Source of the DNA: Candidatus Woesebacteria bacterium
Lineage (GTDB): Bacteria > Patescibacteriota > Microgenomatia > UBA1400 > UBA1396
Assembly (NCBI GenBank): GCA_963749595.1
Contig: CAVVNJ010000008.1
Span: forward strand, 191,054 to 255,053
DNA: 64,000 bases
Direction of reading: 5' to 3'
This document shows positions 59,253 through 64,000 of this stretch, in pieces. How positions within the stretch are numbered: the stretch's first letter is position 1; each line of letters starts with the position of its first letter. Made by a program: the position numbers and the translations under genes. The notes under the pieces are model-generated. The model saw only the letters and a program-made list of their open reading frames with translations, was not told the DNA's origin and did not search any database.

Positions 59253-60894
59253 TTAGCCACGGTCAAAAAATTCGTTTCGGGAGAAAGGATCAGGACGTTT
59301 TTCTTTGGGGAGCCGAAGAGCGGCTAAGAGCGGATCGATTTGCGCAGCCTGTCGGGCCATTTCATAGGCCAGCATTCGGTAATTGATATGACCTCCGGGG
59401 CGGAGACGGAGTTGCGTCAAATAGGAAATTTCTTTGGGTCCGCCGGTAAGGTAATAGCGAATCAGGTGGGCGTTTGGCAGCAGTCCGAGCAGCAGGCGGG
59501 GAGAGATCTCCGGCGGTAGAGTCGAGCCAAATTTAAGGAGCGTCTCATAGTGGCGGTCTAATCGATCCACGAACTGTTGACGAAGTTTTTTCAGTTTCGG
59601 ATGCTCCAGATAGAGTGGCAAGGTGTAGCCGTCGTGAATCAGGGTCAGAACATCGTTTGTCTCCAAAAATGGAGTAAAACGGCCCCAAGCGCGATGACGG
59701 TTAAAGTCGATCATTTCGGACAGAGACGCCTTGATCTCAAAGGTATAGCCACTGGTATCGGCGTAAAGGGGAAGATGCGAATGGTGATCATAGGAATTAA
59801 AAAGCAGGCGGGAGAGGTGCCGCTTGGTATAACCACTCAAATTTCGATACCACTCGGCAAATTTTCCGACAGTTAACATCGGATGAAGTCGGAGCGAGGC
59901 AGAAATAGAGGTAGGCGACGCCGGGTCGAGCTGCGTTAAAATGCCGAAGTTTTTGGGGCGGAATTGAGGCTTTTTTCCCGGACCGGCGACCAAGGTAGCC
60001 AGATCCATGGTGAAAGGTGCGGGTTCGGCTAACATTTTTTCGGTGCGACCATCGGCCTCGGTGTGACGAATTAAGTCCGGTGCTTCCGGAGTATAGGCGA
60101 TTTTTTTAGCCACATTTCTTCCGGCGGGGCAAAGAGAACTTCTAGTTGTTCCCCTAGAGCTTGAACGTCAAAATGAGGGCTGGATTTAAACTGCGGTAAT
60201 CAGACGGGCCCATTCGCGCGCGGAGGCAATATAGGAACCGGAGGTGCTGGCTCCGGCGGGAAGAAACGCCCGAGCGGTATCAAAAGAGCGGGCTTGGAGT
60301 GCGCTGGCCTGCGGTTTTTTCTCGGAATCAGGCTGAAAGAGCTTGGAAAATTGCTCCTGACGATCGGTAAAAGCTGATCGTAGGACTGTAGTAGGAGCGA
60401 GCGTAGATTTCCTGGTATTGCGTTTCAATTGAGGCCAACGCGGGTGTCTCGTGCTGGATGAAGAGTGAGAATCGGGGCGGCTGCGAACTGGAAAAGCTTT
60501 GGAAACGCGAAGATCGTTCTTGACCGCCACCCAAAGCCGACGAGTAAAAGAATTTAAACATCAAGTGGCGCGGGATATTTTCGATATAAGCGAAGAGCAT
60601 GGCCATGTCGCCAACCGAGGCGTGACCATAGTTATTGAAAATATTGGCCAATTTCTTTTGGGCGGAAACGGCGGAGGTGTTAATTTCGGCGAATAGTTCT
60701 TCGGCGGTCAGCGCGGACCGGGAGAAGCGGGCGCCGGCAAAGGCCATGATCGCCGGTACCTGGAGGCCGTTGTTGGCTAAAGCGGTGCGGACGGTGAACC
60801 CGGTCCGCGCGTCACTGAGGGAAATGATGCGGAGAGCGGTTTTTTGTGGATCAGAAGAGGAAAATCTAAAATGGGACGGAAGATGGTCAGCCAT
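59253..60894 (-). pseudogene. tandem ThyX (Thy1, flavin-dependent thymidylate synthase)-like two-domain protein, at least three frameshifts
   Basis: First domain: QERSSRF ... ARAFLPAG ... SAREWARLI. Second domain: FNRHRAWGRF ... LLPNAHLIRYY ... LTQLRLRPGGHINYRMLAYEM. Frame breaks lie at a T4 run (about 60385), at about 60190 and at the T7 run 60101-60107. Confidence 0.5.
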
Positions 60895-60951
60895 ACTTGT
60901 TGACTACCATATCACCTTTGGGATCACTTCGACAAGAAATTGAGTAATTTG

Positions 60952-61034
60952 TGCCGAGGAAGGGGATCGAACCCTTACTCCCTTGCGAGAACGGGATTTT
61001 AAGTCCCGCGCGTCTACCATTCCGCCACCCCGGC
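60952..61034 (-). tRNA. tRNA-Leu (anticodon UAA), long variable arm
   Basis: The reverse complement reads GCCGGGGTGGCGGAATGGTAGACGCGCGGGACTTAAAATCCCG...GGGTTCGATCCCCTTCCTCGGCA. No CCA is encoded. Confidence 0.85.
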
Positions 61035-61069
61035 AACCGGTCAATTATATAACCAAGTCAGGTTATTCG

Positions 61070-61729
61070 CTATACTTCGATCCATTTCTCAAAAGTTCGC
61101 TCTTTGGTTTGCGTAAATCCGGGCAACGTACTGGCAACCTTCACTCCAAAGCCGTCGAGCTGTAACCCGCCTTTGCCAACCGATCGATCAGCGATAATAA
61201 TTTGGGTTTTACCACTCGCTAGACGGGGACGATATTTTTTTACCAAAAAATGGGCCGCCGCCTCGGTGGCGTGTTGAGCCAGGGCTTTAACGAGGCCTTC
61301 CTGTTGGTGGTTCTCGGCGGAAGTTCCGTATTCAGTCATCTTATTGTACTTGTAGTATCCCTGGTGCGGAACGAAATGAAGTTGCCGGGCTGCCCACTCG
61401 TCAGGTCGAAGAATGCGAGGGTCGTTAGGGACCTCTTTAGGGATTGTCATGTCCGGGTCGGTAACTGAAACTCGAGCTAAAATTTCAAAGGTCACGTCAT
61501 CAGAATCACTTTCTGAGGCCACGAAACTGGTGGCGAGCCATAATTTAGCTTTAGTTTTTCCACCACCTCTAGTTTCCAGCTCCAAAGGCAGGGAGGCTAG
61601 TACACCACTATCGGCTGAAGTTGTTAGCGCTTTTTCCCAGAGTTGTTCTAAGGCAGACTGGATAGCCTCATTGTTGCGCTTCCTAGCTTCCGAATTTACC
61701 CCATAGATTTCTTCAGGGCGCATGATCAC
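61070..61729 (-). CDS. hypothetical protein
   Basis: 219-aa ORF with a 4-nt overlap with the upstream gene. No motif recognised. Confidence 0.4.
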   Translation of the reverse strand: MIMRPEEIYGVNSEARKRNNEAIQSALEQLWEKALTTSADSGVLASLPLELETRGGGKTKAKLWLATSFVASESDSDDVTFEILARVSVTDPDMTIPKEVPNDPRILRPDEWAARQLHFVPHQGYYKYNKMTEYGTSAENHQQEGLVKALAQHATEAAAHFLVKKYRPRLASGKTQIIIADRSVGKGGLQLDGFGVKVASTLPGFTQTKERTFEKWIEV

Positions 61730-63012
61730 TCCTTTGCGCTAATGGTTTGATTGCGTAGCTCTTTAACATTTGAGCGGTCTGGAACGGGTGCAAAGACCAG
61801 ACAACCAGGGTAAACGAATGATTCCGTGCCAATGCAAATTCCTGGCAGAATCGAACTGTTGACCCCGATTTCTGAACCGCTGGCAATGAGAGCGCCAAGC
61901 TTGTCTTTATCGGTTTCGATTTTACCGGTTGTCCATTTCATGGCTACGGATTGCTGATCAAAGCGGTAATTGGCGGTGTGGGCGTTGTAACCAAAGTGAA
62001 CTTTTCCCTCCAAAACGGAGTCGCCAATATAAGCGTGATGAAGATCGCAGTTGGCACCAACGTAACTACGGACCACCTCGCTGGAAAACCCAATGACCGC
62101 CCCTTGTTCGACGATGCTTTGACGAACCAGCGCTTGATTGCCGATGACCACGTTTGGTCCGATATAGCAGGGTCCCTGAATGACTGCGCCGTCCAAGATT
62201 TTGACGCCTGACTCAATCACGACTTCGCCGTTGATCACCGCGGTCGGAGCGACTGTCGCCTCAGGCGAAATCGACCGGGATAATGGTTGGAGGAAGTAGG
62301 CCACCATATCCAAAACATGATGCCCATACTTTAATTTTTGCCAGGATCCTTCGTAGCGGTAGGCCGATATCCGCTGCCTTTGCATTAGTTGATTGAGGGC
62401 TTGTTCATAGACGTCATCGCTTCCCTCTGGCGAGTTGGTTTGAGCCGATTCGACTAAGCCAACGAATTCGGCGGCGTTGGAAAAGTAATGGAAAACCAAA
62501 TTAGCCAGATCGCTCGGCATTTTATCGGCTCCTGGTTTTTCCATGATGCCGGTGATGTTTTGTTCGCCATCGAGTATAAAGTAACCAAGCGGTTGGTAGG
62601 AGGTAGTGCGCATGCCGGTTAAGACAGCGTATTTTCCAGCCGAGAAAGCCAATAGTTCGCTGAGCAGGCGGCGTTCGACCATGTCCCCGGCATTCATGAC
62701 AATAATATCTTTTTCCGGTAGCAAAGCCTTAACGCTGAGCAGAGCGTCGCCCATGCCTCTTGGTTGTGCCTGCAGTGCGCTCTGAAGATTGAGGTGGGGG
62801 AACTTCTTTTTTGCCTCCTCTACCCAACTTTGGTTATAAGGATTAACGGCCAATACTACCTTAGTGATACCGGCCTCGTTGACCATTTCCAGGGTTCGCT
62901 CGAGCAAGGATTTGCCCAGAAAGGAAAAGAGGGTTTTATCGGTTACAAACGGCACAAAGCGTTTGCCGATTCCTCCGGCTAGAATAACGGCGGTAACATC
63001 CGACATAATCAC
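61726..63012 (-). CDS. sugar-phosphate nucleotidyltransferase with C-terminal LbH domain (GlmU-like architecture)
   Basis: AVILAGGIGKRF N-terminal motif and C-terminal hexapeptide repeats. Confidence 0.8.
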   Translation of the reverse strand: MIMSDVTAVILAGGIGKRFVPFVTDKTLFSFLGKSLLERTLEMVNEAGITKVVLAVNPYNQSWVEEAKKKFPHLNLQSALQAQPRGMGDALLSVKALLPEKDIIVMNAGDMVERRLLSELLAFSAGKYAVLTGMRTTSYQPLGYFILDGEQNITGIMEKPGADKMPSDLANLVFHYFSNAAEFVGLVESAQTNSPEGSDDVYEQALNQLMQRQRISAYRYEGSWQKLKYGHHVLDMVAYFLQPLSRSISPEATVAPTAVINGEVVIESGVKILDGAVIQGPCYIGPNVVIGNQALVRQSIVEQGAVIGFSSEVVRSYVGANCDLHHAYIGDSVLEGKVHFGYNAHTANYRFDQQSVAMKWTTGKIETDKDKLGALIASGSEIGVNSSILPGICIGTESFVYPGCLVFAPVPDRSNVKELRNQTISAKE

Positions 63013-63764
63013 TCCTCGTGGCCGTCGGCAGGAGAGATGGGATTGAAAACAATCTCCGATTCATCGATCCGACGGACTGGTTTTTCTTGATACTCTTCAA
63101 TAATATGGGCAATCATACCGCCACAGCGGGCCAAGGCAAAGAGACCGTTACCGGCCGCCACCGGGAAACCAAGATCCAGCAGAATGGCCGCAATCGCTCC
63201 GTCGATGTTGATCACTAAATGTTTTCCCAATCGATCATGAATGGCTTGCTGCACGGAAAAGGCCACTTCTTGATATTGGGTGCCGATCGTTTCTGACTTG
63301 GCGATGGAAAATAATTGATCGGCTCGCGGGTCGCTATGTTTGTAGTGCGGGTGGCCAAAGCCAGCCAAGCGCTTTTGCGGAGAAAAGTGTGTCTGCTCAA
63401 GTGAATCTACGCCTTTTTCCCGCACCTGCTGAAAAATTTGCGCGGCCGGTTCAATGGCCCCGCCGTGATATGGTCCCAAAGCTAGCAAACCAGCGGCCAT
63501 GGAATGAATAATATTGTTGCCGGTGCTGGCCACCACCCGCGGTACGAAGCCGGAAGCCGGACTGAGGCCATGATCTAAACTGGCCACGAGAATGGCGTTT
63601 AAGACGCGTTCTTGATGCGGATCAGGCATGATGCCGGTAATCATATAGAATACTGCGGCGGAAAAAGAGCTTTTGGCGACCAGATCAGCCAGAGGTTGAT
63701 TACGAATGAAATGGATGCCGTCCTTTTCTCCACTGACCCGGGTAACAAATTTTAAGTCGGCCAT
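63009..63764 (-). CDS. citrate-synthase-family small protein (citryl-CoA lyase-like)
   Basis: GPYHGGA and GFGHPHYKHSDPR motifs of the citrate synthase family, in a 251-aa protein. Confidence 0.7.
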   Translation of the reverse strand: MADLKFVTRVSGEKDGIHFIRNQPLADLVAKSSFSAAVFYMITGIMPDPHQERVLNAILVASLDHGLSPASGFVPRVVASTGNNIIHSMAAGLLALGPYHGGAIEPAAQIFQQVREKGVDSLEQTHFSPQKRLAGFGHPHYKHSDPRADQLFSIAKSETIGTQYQEVAFSVQQAIHDRLGKHLVINIDGAIAAILLDLGFPVAAGNGLFALARCGGMIAHIIEEYQEKPVRRIDESEIVFNPISPADGHEE

Positions 63765-63767
63765 GTT

Positions 63768-64000
63768 TTACTCCTCGCTCTGAAGCTTAAGTTTAGTTAG
63801 TTGGTCAATGAACTGTGATGGATTGTCCGCAATCTGGACTCCGGCCGATTGCAGCGCCGTAACTTTTCCAATCCTGGTACCGATTTTGGCATCAACGATC
63901 GCGCCGGCATGGCCAAAGCTCATGCCTTGAGGCAGGGTTTCCGCGAATTGCCCGCTGATAAAGGCTAAGTAGGGTTTGTGAATTGGTAACGACGATAATT
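63768..64000 (-). CDS. succinyl-CoA synthetase alpha-subunit-like protein, C-terminal part (5' end outside the window)
   Basis: My translation gives KPYLAFISGQFAETLPQGMSFGHAGAIV...ALQSAGVQIADNPSQ, with the phosphohistidine motif GHAGA. Confidence 0.75.
   Translation of the reverse strand, partial: LSSLPIHKPYLAFISGQFAETLPQGMSFGHAGAIVDAKIGTRIGKVTALQSAGVQIADNPSQFIDQLTKLKLQSEE

Noticed and set aside
1-64000. Search for CRISPR arrays, rRNA genes, group I/II introns, integrases, and restriction-modification or known defence genes.
   Set aside because: I saw no regularly spaced short direct repeats and no rRNA-like sequence. None of the ORF products show nuclease/ATPase defence signatures that I can recognise.

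Overview
This window looks like a small, gene-dense bacterial chromosome segment. Its gene content resembles a Patescibacteria/CPR-type genome, but that is inferred from content only and no search was possible. The genetic code is standard: RF2 is present and TGA closes many ORFs. Recognisable genes include:
- the dnaE 3' end, a hicB/hicA-like pair, and murF plus a hydrolase
- a MacAB-like efflux operon, prfB, and ftsE-ftsX with an M23 peptidase
- three tRNAs (Pro-GGG, Gly-UCC, Leu-UAA), gdh, and ruvC-ruvA-ruvB
- a split dcw/mur region (mraZ-rsmH-ftsL-ftsI-murE-nudix, then yvcK-murC-murB-murA-map), and recQ
- an envelope glycosylation locus of about 11 kb (44.8-55.9 kb)
- a sugar nucleotidyltransferase, and a SucD-like plus citryl-CoA-lyase-like pair at the right edge

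The most unusual structure is a pair of diverged inverted repeats of about 0.5 kb (28531-29075 and 34294-34773). They bracket the mraZ-to-nudix block, share a perfectly conserved palindrome, and may each carry a small ORF.

Other points of interest:
- An 86-bp direct repeat duplicates the 3' module of a secreted SH3b protein gene around a two-gene AT-rich cassette.
- Two tRNA-adjacent blocks consist of uncharacterised genes.
- About ten genes have broken reading frames, five of them consecutive at 46.5-51.6 kb. Several breaks sit exactly at A/T homopolymers, so assembly error must be excluded before calling them pseudogenes.

No CRISPR array, rRNA, transposase or integrase was seen.
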